Below, piece by piece: positions 1-7,671 of a stretch of DNA of 51,763 nucleotides. The notes beneath the pieces were generated by a model, which was not told where the DNA came from, did not search any database, and saw only the letters and a program-made list of their open reading frames with translations. The stretch spans positions 1-51,763 of IMG/VR virus record IMGVR_UViG_3300045923_000005. The stretch is one strand, 5' to 3'. The number at the start of each line of letters is the position of its first letter. Positions within the stretch are counted from its first letter, which is position 1. The stretch is from a virus (Duplodnaviria > Heunggongvirae > Uroviricota > Caudoviricetes). A program made the position numbers and the translations under genes.

Positions 1-303
1 GTTCGCCAGATTCTTGTAGATCAGCGACTTGTACGGACCACCAACGCGCAGACCCACAACTTCGAAGCTGTCGTGGTTGAACTTGGTGTGGAGCGGCGGC
101 AGACGCAGGAACGGCGCATACCGGTTGTAGGTGACCTCTTCCTTGGTAGGTCCACCGGCTGTCTGCAATTGCAGGCGCATGTCAAACATGGCACCGTAGG
201 AGAGGGAGCTCTTGACGCGCGTCAGTCCGTGGTCCTTACAAACCGCGTCGATAGCGGCCAGGAGGTCCCTGTGGACGAGTTGCGCATGCTGTTTGCTGAT
301 CAT
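1..303 (-). CDS. hypothetical protein, runs off left edge (MISKQHAQLVHRDLLAA...)
   Basis: Manual translation; ATG overlaps the TAA of the 303..521 ORF (TAATG); open to position 1. Confidence 0.7.
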   Translation of the reverse strand, partial: MISKQHAQLVHRDLLAAIDAVCKDHGLTRVKSSLSYGAMFDMRLQLQTAGGPTKEEVTYNRYAPFLRLPPLHTKFNHDSFEVVGLRVGGPYKSLIYKNLAN

Positions 304-521
304 TACGACAGATCCTTTTCGACTTGAAGGGACAGGAGGTATTTGGCCGCGTTCAGAATCTTGCGGGCACCCTCCGTCTGACCGTGGACCATCATTTCCT
401 GGGCGTCGCTGAGGAAACCGGAAACGTAGACCAATTTGTGACCGAGCGCCTGCTCGTATCCGGCCTTAAGATCGGCGAAGGTTTCACCGCACATTTCAAT
501 CTGTTGTTTAGTAGTTAGCAT
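303..521 (-). CDS. hypothetical early protein (72 aa)
   Basis: ORF; ATG lies 7 nt after a TATAAT box. Confidence 0.7.
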   Translation of the reverse strand: MLTTKQQIEMCGETFADLKAGYEQALGHKLVYVSGFLSDAQEMMVHGQTEGARKILNAAKYLLSLQVEKDLS

Positions 522-603
522 ACAGAGTATTATACGCTTAATCGGTCACTTAGGGTGCTGATTTAACTTATTTTCGAACAACATTTACGAAACGTTAACT
601 AGT
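522..603 (-). promoter_or_regulatory. repeated promoter copy 1: GTTAAC site, AAGTTAAATCAGCA box, gcgTATAAT; no canonical -35
   Basis: -10 at 529-534, box at 556-569, GTTAAC at 594-599; near-identical spacing in copies at 1422 and 2032. Confidence 0.75.
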
Positions 604-608
604 ACCGT

Positions 609-809
609 TTACTGGATCACTTTGAAGTCAGGATCATGGCGGTGATGCACCCAGCGGCTCTTGTCCGGCCGACCGGGAGGTTGAACCAGCAGCCATGGGC
701 CGCGCTCCGGATTGAATTGAACAGAATCGGCCACCCGCACCAACTGCCATTCCGAGCCTAGCTCGTTGACGCGGTTCCGGCCTTTCTGTGTAATGCCTTC
801 GAGTATCAC
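609..809 (-). CDS. hypothetical protein (66 aa)
   Basis: ORF with GTG start overlapping an upstream TGA. Confidence 0.65.
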   Translation of the reverse strand: MILEGITQKGRNRVNELGSEWQLVRVADSVQFNPERGPWLLVQPPGRPDKSRWVHHRHDPDFKVIQ

Positions 810-1179
810 TTGACTTGTTCCTTGGGCAACCAGTCAGGATTCTTGGTGTAGAACGCCAGCACGGCAGCCTTCACATCATCCATGTTCTGAAAACGAGCCT
901 TCAACTGCTTCCAGACGAAGGAGGCGTTGGGTTGAGAGGATCACCATGGTAGTCAGCGATCTTCACGATCAACTCAGCGGGACCCCAACCAGAAGAGCAG
1001 TCCTTGGCCAGACGCGCTTTGTAGTCAGCGAAGAGGGCACCCTGATCACCGGTGAACTTGCAGACCACATAGGCGACCTGCTTGTCGTTCACAGACGCAG
1101 ACGGCCAGGAGCGGCTCTGAAAAGAACGATACCGGCCAGTCGGCGCATCGGCAACCTTCCACTTGATCTTGAGAGTCAT
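806..1179 (-). pseudogene. hypothetical protein apparently split by a 1-nt frameshift near 930
   Basis: ORF 901..1179 ends abruptly; the -1 frame continues FVWKQLKARFQNMDDVKAAVLAFYTKNPDWLPKEQVK to a TGA at 806-808 that overlaps the next start. Confidence 0.55.
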
Positions 1180-1421
1180 TACTTTACCTCAATCCCAGAA
1201 ATCTCAGTCGTGTCGAAGTACTCGTAACCGGCTTCCGTCGAATGCGACGCAAACTCGATCTCAATGTGCGCGCCAGTGTAACCTTCCCAGCCGCGACCAG
1301 ACTCCATGTGCACCGCAAACTCGGTGACTTCATGAGCCTTCATCACAGCCTGGACAGCGGCGATGAACGCAGCGGCCTTGGCCTGGGTGGCTTCCTTGCG
1401 CTTTTCAGTTTCTGTAGTCAT
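1179..1421 (-). CDS. hypothetical early protein (80 aa)
   Basis: ORF; ATG 7 nt after TATAAT. Confidence 0.7.
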   Translation of the reverse strand: MTTETEKRKEATQAKAAAFIAAVQAVMKAHEVTEFAVHMESGRGWEGYTGAHIEIEFASHSTEAGYEYFDTTEISGIEVK

Positions 1422-1503
1422 GGGAAGTATTATACGCTTAATCTGTCACTTAGGGTGCTAATTTAACTTAATAGCGAACAATATTTCCAGAACGTTAACT
1501 AGT
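1422..1503 (-). promoter_or_regulatory. repeated promoter copy 2
   Basis: -10 at 1429-1434, box at 1456-1469, GTTAAC at 1494-1499. Confidence 0.75.
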
Positions 1504-1564
1504 ACCGGTTTAGCACACGATGACGGTGTCGTACAGTGCACGTCGTGCACGCTCTTCATCTTCG

Positions 1565-1807
1565 TCAGCGGTACGCTTCAGCCGCGTCCTGTTGATCGCG
1601 GGCAAGATCATACGCCTGCTGAGCTTTCTCATCCAAGATCAGAGCGTAGTGGGAAGCGAGAGGGAAAAGGTAGATGTTGTCGAAGCAAAGAGCGACCATC
1701 TTGCCGGTCTCATCGCGGACGATCCAGTAGTTCTTGCCGAGGGTAGGCTGGATCTCACGGAGCTCGTACTTCATTCCAGAAATACGCTTGTCGAAGACTT
1801 TGTACAT
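1565..1807 (-). CDS. hypothetical protein (80 aa)
   Basis: ORF translationally coupled (TAATG) to the upstream ORF. Confidence 0.65.
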   Translation of the reverse strand: MYKVFDKRISGMKYELREIQPTLGKNYWIVRDETGKMVALCFDNIYLFPLASHYALILDEKAQQAYDLARDQQDAAEAYR

Positions 1808-2031
1808 TAGGCGCGCACCAAGCCGGAGGGAGATTCAATCAGGACGTTACCGTCGAAATCCACAGGACCAAACCACTCAGGCTCATCACCGTCAACGTGA
1901 ACCAGATAGCCGAAGTCAGTGACTTCAACGACGGTGGACATAGCAGCCGGAGTACCGAGGAACTCACTAGCATTCACTAGGAGACGATCACCGACGCGGC
2001 CGACGAAACGAGCAGGTATTTCTTTATTCAT
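1807..2031 (-). CDS. hypothetical early protein (74 aa)
   Basis: ORF; ATG 7 nt after TATAAT. Confidence 0.7.
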   Translation of the reverse strand: MNKEIPARFVGRVGDRLLVNASEFLGTPAAMSTVVEVTDFGYLVHVDGDEPEWFGPVDFDGNVLIESPSGLVRA

Positions 2032-2110
2032 GTGGACTATTATACGCCTAATTCTTATGAATAGTTGCTGATTTAACTTATTCTTAAGATATTTTCGAGC
2101 GCTAGTTAAC
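2032..2110 (-). promoter_or_regulatory. repeated promoter copy 3
   Basis: -10 at 2039-2044, box at 2066-2079, GTTAAC at 2105-2110. Confidence 0.7.
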
Positions 2111-2313
2111 GGTTCTGAACTTCTTCAATGTTCGGGTAGACCTTCAGAACGGCGCGCCATAGCTCGATGGCCTGTAGAAAGGAATCTCTCCTCGTCTCTA
2201 GGAGCCGGATGGCAGAGAGGTGGCCTTGTGACTGAGTCATTTTACTTAATGCCCGAAGGGAGGAGATCTCCTCCGACAGTTCGTCTATCCGGTTCTGTAA
2301 GAACAGAATCTGG

Positions 2314-2766
2314 TCAAAACAAGCACGGTTCTGGCAGATGCTCGGTGTACTTGATACCGGCTTGCTGAGGGAGAGCCTTGCTGGCGATGAAACGGGTCTT
2401 CATCTTCTCGTACTTGTCCTTTGGAATCCCGTGGATGGATCCAAACTCGCCCAGGCAAGTGATGATCTCTACCTGGTAGCCGTGCTTGTGACCCAATTCC
2501 ACATAGTCACGGAAGGCGCGCCAGCGGGTGTAGCAACCAACGGCTATCACAGACTTGCCGTCGTTGATCTTGGACAAAACCTGATCATAGCAAAGGTCAA
2601 TAGCTCGGCCCAGCCGTTCCTCTGACCATTCATAGACACCAGCATCGTTGTAGAGGAATTGGTCGGTCTCATGGTAGGTGATACCCTTCTCCTCGGCCAT
2701 TTGGGCCGCAAGAGTAGACTTACCAGAACCTGGCAGGCCTCGGACGATGTAGAGAGTCTTGTTCAT
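2314..2766 (-). CDS. P-loop kinase / AAA_33-like protein
   Basis: Walker A GLPGSGKST near N-terminus; start moved to MNKTLY because a promoter sits in the longer N-terminal extension. Confidence 0.75.
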   Translation of the reverse strand: MNKTLYIVRGLPGSGKSTLAAQMAEEKGITYHETDQFLYNDAGVYEWSEERLGRAIDLCYDQVLSKINDGKSVIAVGCYTRWRAFRDYVELGHKHGYQVEIITCLGEFGSIHGIPKDKYEKMKTRFIASKALPQQAGIKYTEHLPEPCLF

Positions 2767-2775
2767 ATGACGACT

Positions 2776-2804
2776 ATTATACTCGAACACAGCACAGAAG
2801 TAAA
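2776..2804 (-). promoter_or_regulatory. sigma70-type promoter TTTACT-17-TATAAT
   Basis: Direct reading; 9 nt upstream of ATG at 2766. Confidence 0.7.
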
Positions 2805-2863
2805 GTGTGACCAAAATACCAGCAGAAATGGTGATTAAGGTGAGCATGGAGCTCCTGGAAGGT

Positions 2864-3178
2864 TTAGAGTTTGATCGTTCGATTTCCTATCGCTAGACCA
2901 ATATTGCCACCTGTGATGTGGATCACAGTTCCCATCTTGAAGAAGACCTTGACTAGCTTGCCGTTATTTAGCGCGTTGGTGAAAACAAGTTCCAAGCGAC
3001 TGTTTTTAGTGGCTTCCAAACTTTCATCAAAGTGAATCAATGCGCCACCAATTGAAAGGTTGAGAACTTTCCCCCAAAGACGTTTGCCATCTTTGATGAC
3101 CATGACGGCTACGTGATTGTGTAGGGTCATGTTGCGCTGCCGGGAGCGCTTCTCCGTCCACTTGATCATCGGAAGCAT
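2864..3178 (-). CDS. PilZ-domain protein (putative c-di-GMP binder)
   Basis: RSRQR (RxxxR) and NLSIGG (N/DxSxxG) motifs in the canonical order in a ~100-aa beta-rich protein. Confidence 0.7.
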   Translation of the reverse strand: MLPMIKWTEKRSRQRNMTLHNHVAVMVIKDGKRLWGKVLNLSIGGALIHFDESLEATKNSRLELVFTNALNNGKLVKVFFKMGTVIHITGGNIGLAIGNRTIKL

Positions 3179-3192
3179 GCGGATCCTTGAAG

Positions 3193-3267
3193 TGGTGCTC
3201 TGTTAGGGAGTCGAACCCTAGCCTGTTGCTTACGAAACAACTGTGCTACCGGTAACACTTACAGAGC
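3193..3267 (-). tRNA. tRNA-Thr(CGT)
   Basis: Cloverleaf, loop TTCGTAA, GGTTCGACTCC, encoded CCA. Confidence 0.85.
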
Positions 3268-3282
3268 GTTATCAGATATTTA

Positions 3283-3807
3283 TTAGATCTGTCGGATGAA
3301 CTCTTTGAGACCCATGTTCACTGGATAGATCCGGTTCCGCTGCAAAGTTGTGCGCCGAGTGTATGGTTCATAGACGTGGTGGAAGTTCTTCATCACTTCC
3401 ACCTGCTTAGCATTATACAGATCGGTGGCAACCTTGTGCGCTGCCTGGCGTTCAGCATTCTCTTTGTTCTGTTCATCAGTCAGACGAACTCTGCTCAGCC
3501 ATTGCACATGGTGTAGTGTGGGATACTCAGGACGTGGACCGGTAGCCGGTTCGATGTGTTTCTCCCAGTCGAGCTCCTCATTGGTTTCCTTGTGACGGAG
3601 AACCCTGCGCTCTTCATCTACCATCACGACACAACCAGATTCGTAATCGCTGTCCTTGTCGTCGCGGATCTTGCCCAGGTAGGTGCCCATGCGTACCGAG
3701 ACGCTGTGACTGTAGCCGGTAGTTACGATCAAGACCTTATCACCAACATTGATGATGTGACCTAGATCATTCTCATAGGGAAGTTCAACTGGTTTGCGCA
3801 ATGCCAT
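3283..3807 (-). CDS. hypothetical protein (174 aa)
   Basis: ORF with GGAG RBS. Confidence 0.7.
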   Translation of the reverse strand: MALRKPVELPYENDLGHIINVGDKVLIVTTGYSHSVSVRMGTYLGKIRDDKDSDYESGCVVMVDEERRVLRHKETNEELDWEKHIEPATGPRPEYPTLHHVQWLSRVRLTDEQNKENAERQAAHKVATDLYNAKQVEVMKNFHHVYEPYTRRTTLQRNRIYPVNMGLKEFIRQI

Positions 3808-3830
3808 ATTAACTCCATCTTAATAAATTA

Positions 3831-4071
3831 TCAACAAGTCCGTAGCCGCGATTCTGTTCTATCCTAACATTTGCCTAAAGACCTTTCGATCAATCCCACT
3901 CCGTTGAGTGGGTGCTCTAACCCGAACCAATAAGCAAAGGATTCCCTGGTTCTGTTTAGATTGCTGGCTGTATCACGGTAGTTTGTCGCTTTCGCTCCTA
4001 CTCGTCCTCTGCGCCAGTCGCGAACTTCCTCGACAAACATCCTTATCTGCCGCGTTAGGTCGACTTGTTGA
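3831..4071 (-). ncRNA. rnpB: compact RNase P RNA
   Basis: P1 UCAACAAGUC/GACUUGUUGA; P2 CCUAAC/GUUAGG; P3; GAGGAAGUUCGCGA with AACAGAAUCGCGGCUAC forming P4 with bulged U; P5 CUGG/CCAG; P15 UCUA/UAGA with L15 GGGU. Confidence 0.85.
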
Positions 4072-4154
4072 ATCAGTGCCACATTTCCTGCACCCTTAAC
4101 CGGTCTTGGGCTCTCAGACGGTGTGGCGTCCGTTTGGCTGCTAATCCAGCCGCG

Positions 4155-4622
4155 TTAATCTGTCTGCGTCGGTTGGATCTTGTAAACCCGCATCTGTGTG
4201 AATGACTGTCGGCGGATCTCTTGCTTCTTGATTCTGGAGTAAGAGATGCTGTAGTTCCTACGTCCATCAACCAGAGGATATCGCTTGTGAAGCTTACCAT
4301 CGGTTGTCTGGTAGTAATAGACTTCCTTCATGATGTTCAGACTGACTGAAGTGACCTTGCCACCACGTTCTCTGAATCCTGCAAAGGTACCAACCGTGAC
4401 TTTGGCTCCTCGGTTAGCCGTGACACCAACACAAAGATCTCCAGTCGTGATGATCTGGCCTATGCCATTCACCCAGCTACCAGCCGTCAATGTGCTCTTC
4501 TTGGCTTGGCGCTTCAAGCGCTCGGAAGCCCAGTAGAGCTTAGTTTGTTCATCTTGAAGGTCGCGCTTCTTGCGTTCGATCTCTTGAAGTTCTTTTGCGA
4601 TTGTTTGTGCGTCACGTGTCAT
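4155..4622 (-). CDS. hypothetical protein (155 aa)
   Basis: ORF with N-terminal coiled coil. Confidence 0.65.
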   Translation of the reverse strand: MTRDAQTIAKELQEIERKKRDLQDEQTKLYWASERLKRQAKKSTLTAGSWVNGIGQIITTGDLCVGVTANRGAKVTVGTFAGFRERGGKVTSVSLNIMKEVYYYQTTDGKLHKRYPLVDGRRNYSISYSRIKKQEIRRQSFTQMRVYKIQPTQTD

Positions 4623-4940
4623 AATGTATCACCAGTTCACGAATATAGTTGCGGTACTCAATCGGCTTGAGAAGGAACTCGTTGTACCGGGCAAGGAGCT
4701 CTCCCTGGAGTAGTGGAACAAGATTCCTTATCTCCATCATGACGAAGCAACGATCGGCCCATACCTCTTCTTTACTCGTCATATCAAATGTATCCTCGGA
4801 GTTTGTTATGCCCTATCCACTTAGCAACGGCGGGAGTGACATTATTTGTCCCAAGGCTTATCACAGGTTGCAATACCTGAACATTGAGCCTCTATACTCA
4901 ACGAACCGATTGGGCCTCTTACGAGGTTAACCGGAAACTC

Positions 4941-5030
4941 TGGCAGAAGGTAAGGGATTTGAACCCTTGTGCCCCTTTCGGAACCATCAGTTTAGCAAAC
5001 TGCGCCATTAGACCACTCTGGCAACCTTCT
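4941..5030 (-). tRNA. tRNA-Ser(GCT)
   Basis: Cloverleaf with long variable arm, loop TTGCTAA, G discriminator, CCA. Confidence 0.9.
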
Positions 5031-5033
5031 ATA

Positions 5034-5639
5034 TCAATTACGCAAATGTTGAACGTTCTGGTGAATCCTTGAAGTCTTCGGAATGACAGACAACAAGTAA
5101 TCCATCTGATCGGCCTTCACCTTGCGGTTCTTCAGAAGTAGCTTCTCCTGAAGGTTAGGTGCGTAAGGAACATACAGAAGCTGCATTCCTGCTTCCTCCG
5201 GAGTCCTGTCTGCCTTACCGTGGTTACAAGCAGCGCACGACGTTACCGTATTCGTCCAAGTGTGATCACCACCGCGTGAGCGAGGCATCACATGATCAAT
5301 GGTCAAATGAAGATCAATTGACTTCGTGTCCTTATGGACGATACCACAGTAAGCGCACATGTAGCAGTCACGAGCGTACAGAATAGGACGCTCAGCGAAC
5401 TTGGTTACACGGAACTTGAACTTCTCACCAAGCACTGGGCCGGTGACCATAACAATAGATGAGATCTCAATCTTAGAGAGCTTGCCAGTTGAATTGCGGC
5501 CACCGACATAAGTGCGCACGTGAGATCCTAGGTTACAAATAACCCTATCCTCTGCGTAAGCCTTAACGGTGTCCTGGTAGTTCAACCAGTCCCGAGGGTT
5601 TCCACCCTTATCGACAACCAACACATCCATCGCTGACAT
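5034..5639 (-). CDS. HNH endonuclease
   Basis: CAYCG...TIDHVMPRSRGG...NTVTSCAACNHGK. Confidence 0.9.
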   Translation of the reverse strand: MSAMDVLVVDKGGNPRDWLNYQDTVKAYAEDRVICNLGSHVRTYVGGRNSTGKLSKIEISSIVMVTGPVLGEKFKFRVTKFAERPILYARDCYMCAYCGIVHKDTKSIDLHLTIDHVMPRSRGGDHTWTNTVTSCAACNHGKADRTPEEAGMQLLYVPYAPNLQEKLLLKNRKVKADQMDYLLSVIPKTSRIHQNVQHLRN

Positions 5640-5691
5640 AAATCACCTATCAATGTAACATCATGATATTATTTAGCACGCAGCGCGAATT

Positions 5692-5769
5692 TGGAGTTGT
5701 GGATCGGATTTGAACCGATGGTGTTACTGTTTTGCAGACAGATGCTTTGGGCCGCTCAGCCACCACAAC
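5692..5769 (-). tRNA. tRNA-Cys(GCA)
   Basis: Cloverleaf, loop CTGCAAA, U discriminator, CCA. Confidence 0.85.
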
Positions 5770-5775
5770 ATAAAC

Positions 5776-6105
5776 TTATCTCTTGCTTGGACCTTGTCCT
5801 GGGATCAACAGTCCCTTGGAAGGCAATTCCACCATACCATGAATTTTACGATACAGTGCTTCAAGTTCGGCCGGAGCCTCTAGTCCATAGACCAGCTTCG
5901 TATCATCGAACGTGAAGATAAAATCAGAACCTGCCAGCACTCCCCACGGCATTGGTACGAAACCAATCTTACCGGATTGAGGATCCTGCTGCATCAATAG
6001 CTGAACGCAATGCTGAACCTTCAGCGGTGCTACGTTCGGCTCGGAAACTCGTTGTGCGACCAAATCAACGTCGCTGATCAATTTCAATAGTACAATGTTG
6101 CTCAA
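5776..6105 (-). CDS. conserved T4-like hypothetical protein (possibly Sm-like fold)
   Basis: NIVLLKLISDVDLVA...IGFVPMPW...LEALYRKIHG pattern recalled from T4-like phage proteins; fold is inference. Confidence 0.5.
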   Translation of the reverse strand: MSNIVLLKLISDVDLVAQRVSEPNVAPLKVQHCVQLLMQQDPQSGKIGFVPMPWGVLAGSDFIFTFDDTKLVYGLEAPAELEALYRKIHGMVELPSKGLLIPGQGPSKR

Positions 6106-6113
6106 GTCACACC

Positions 6114-6269
6114 TCAGAATTTATAGCCAAAACCAATCATATGTTGTTTGTCGCAATGATAATGTGTCTTCTGGTCCTTGTCGATACGTTTATCACAAAA
6201 CGCATAGATACGGGCATTGGCGCAGCCCGTTAAGGCTGCGAACACAATCACCATAGCGACCGTCTTCAT
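6114..6269 (-). CDS. small lipoprotein (51 aa)
   Basis: Manual translation MKTVAMVIVFAALTGC..., lipobox LTGC; promoter directly upstream. Confidence 0.65.
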   Translation of the reverse strand: MKTVAMVIVFAALTGCANARIYAFCDKRIDKDQKTHYHCDKQHMIGFGYKF

Positions 6270-6276
6270 GTATACT

Positions 6277-6305
6277 ATCATACTCTATCTAACTGTAAGA
6301 GTAAA
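6277..6305 (-). promoter_or_regulatory. promoter TTTACT-17-TATGAT (leaderless)
   Basis: -10 is 7 nt from ATG at 6269. Confidence 0.7.
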
Positions 6306-6392
6306 CAATTGAGATCGATGGCTTGTTTGGTCTCGAGAATCCTCGTTAGAAGACACTCCTACGAAATATGGGACTTGACAAATCATCGAAAC

Positions 6393-6423
6393 TGGAGCCC
6401 CAACACAGAATCGAACTGTGAGG
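6393..6423 (-). pseudogene. tRNA 3' fragment (T arm, acceptor 3' strand, CCA)
   Basis: CACAG-TTCGATT-CTGTG-TTGGGGC-T-CCA with no 5' half. Confidence 0.7.
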
Positions 6424-6432
6424 AACGAATAA

Positions 6433-6506
6433 TGGTGCCCTAGTTTAGAATCGAACTAAATACTGTTTCTTACCAAGAAACTGTCTTACCATTAGACTAC
6501 AAGGGC
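6433..6506 (-). tRNA. tRNA-Thr(GGT)
   Basis: Cloverleaf, loop TTGGTAA, CCA. Confidence 0.85.
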
Positions 6507-6508
6507 AT

Positions 6509-7036
6509 ATGAACAAATCAGAAGCGGGAAAATTGGGAGGCGCTGCCTCCATAGCAACATCCAACGCAAAACGAGCAGCGAATATAAAACACTATCTAGA
6601 AAATCCCACACTATGTAAGTGGTGTGGGAAGGTGATAGATTATGACCGTAGGAAATACACTTTCTGTTCTCATTCTTGTGCTATCAAATTGACCAATAAC
6701 AGATTAGGAACAGGCAAGCCTAAATCAGACAAACTCACCCTTGAAAAGATACGTGATAATCGAGAGCAAAAAATACTTTCTGGCAGCTACACCGATAGAT
6801 ATTATCTGAAAAGATATCTCATAGATTTGAGAGGACATAAATGTGAAGACTGTCTTCTAACAGATTGGAAAGTATCACCCATTCCACTTGAACTGGATCA
6901 TATCGATGGGAATGCTGGGAATAATCTCCCATCAAACCTTAGATTGTTGTGTCCTAATTGCCACGCGATGACTCCTACTGCTCATGGTAGGAATAGGGGC
7001 AACGGTCGTAAGTCAAGAGGATTGCCTTTGAATTGA
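6509..7036 (+). CDS. HNH homing endonuclease (only convincing plus-strand gene)
   Basis: CEDC...LELDHIDGNAGNNLPSNLRLLCPNCH; N-terminal CKWCG/CSHSC zinc finger. Confidence 0.9.
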   Translation: MNKSEAGKLGGAASIATSNAKRAANIKHYLENPTLCKWCGKVIDYDRRKYTFCSHSCAIKLTNNRLGTGKPKSDKLTLEKIRDNREQKILSGSYTDRYYLKRYLIDLRGHKCEDCLLTDWKVSPIPLELDHIDGNAGNNLPSNLRLLCPNCHAMTPTAHGRNRGNGRKSRGLPLN

Positions 7037-7038
7037 TA

Positions 7039-7112
7039 TGGTGACCGTACAAGGAATCGAGCCTTGGTCTTCGCCGTGTCGTGGCGTTGCTCTACCATTG
7101 AGCTATACAGTC
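7039..7112 (-). tRNA. tRNA-Val(GAC), atypical
   Basis: Cloverleaf and CCA; loop ACGACAC lacks U33; T loop CTCGATT. Confidence 0.7.
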
Positions 7113-7124
7113 GAAGAAGATGAT

Positions 7125-7335
7125 TGATGCGGATTGGACTACCGCTCGTGGTGCTTTAGACAACAGTTCAGGATTTGTATCCCAGCGTATCAAAGACCCT
7201 GTCTTCGCTGGTAGTTGTCATCGACTCTTTAGAAGCATGTGCTGTACTCAGCTGACCCGATCTTACAGGCTTACACTCACTCTCGCTCTCGGCTTTCGCC
7301 GACCCGAATCTTCACCCGGCACATCCCGGGAGATC
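7125..7335 (-). ncRNA. manA-like structured RNA
   Basis: ORF-free, hairpin-rich (CGGC-GAAA-GCCG); segments GAGUACAGCACAUGCUUCUAAAGAGUC, CAGCGAAGAC and CAAAUCCUGAACUGUUG resemble the manA motif from recall only. Confidence 0.5.
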
Positions 7336-7342
7336 AATCAAA

Positions 7343-7420
7343 TGGTGCCTCAGGAGGGAGTCGAACCCACAATGGAGCGGATTTTAAGTTCGCCGCGTTT
7401 GCCAGTTTCGCCACAGAGGC
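7343..7420 (-). tRNA. tRNA-Leu(TAA)
   Basis: Cloverleaf, loop CTTAAAA, short variable arm, CCA. Confidence 0.85.
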
Positions 7421-7424
7421 ATGA

Positions 7425-7519
7425 TGGTACTCCATACAGGACTCGAACCTGCCCGTTGCAGCCAGTCCGGCCACTCTCGCGCGCTTATAAAACGCACCCG
7501 CTCACCTGAGCTATGGAGC
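7425..7519 (-). tRNA. tRNA-Ile(TAT) with ~24-nt extra arm
   Basis: Acceptor, D and T arms intact; loop TTTATAA; CCA. Confidence 0.7.
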
Positions 7520-7529
7520 ATATAAAGAT

Positions 7530-7626
7530 TGGACGCTAATGGGGTTCGTTACCGACTGATGATTGCTCATCAAGAACCGATTGCGGTTCTTAGCGGTTCC
7601 TTTGGTGTTAGCGATTACTGCGTCCC
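7530..7626 (-). ncRNA. structured small RNA
   Basis: Terminal GGACGC/GCGUCC stem; hairpins AAGAACCG/CGGUUCUU and UGAUGA-GCAA-UCAUCA. Confidence 0.5.
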
Positions 7627-7671
7627 ATGTCAACCAGATAGAGACCTTACGGTCTAACGCAGACCTAAACT

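Noticed and set aside
3864-4300. ORFs 3864..4082 and 4073..4300
   Set aside because: They overlap the RNase P RNA and its leader; the RNA structure explains the sequence better
7550-7600. Hammerhead ribozyme (CTGATGA on plus strand)
   Set aside because: No matching GAAA core or stem arrangement, and it is on the non-transcribed strand
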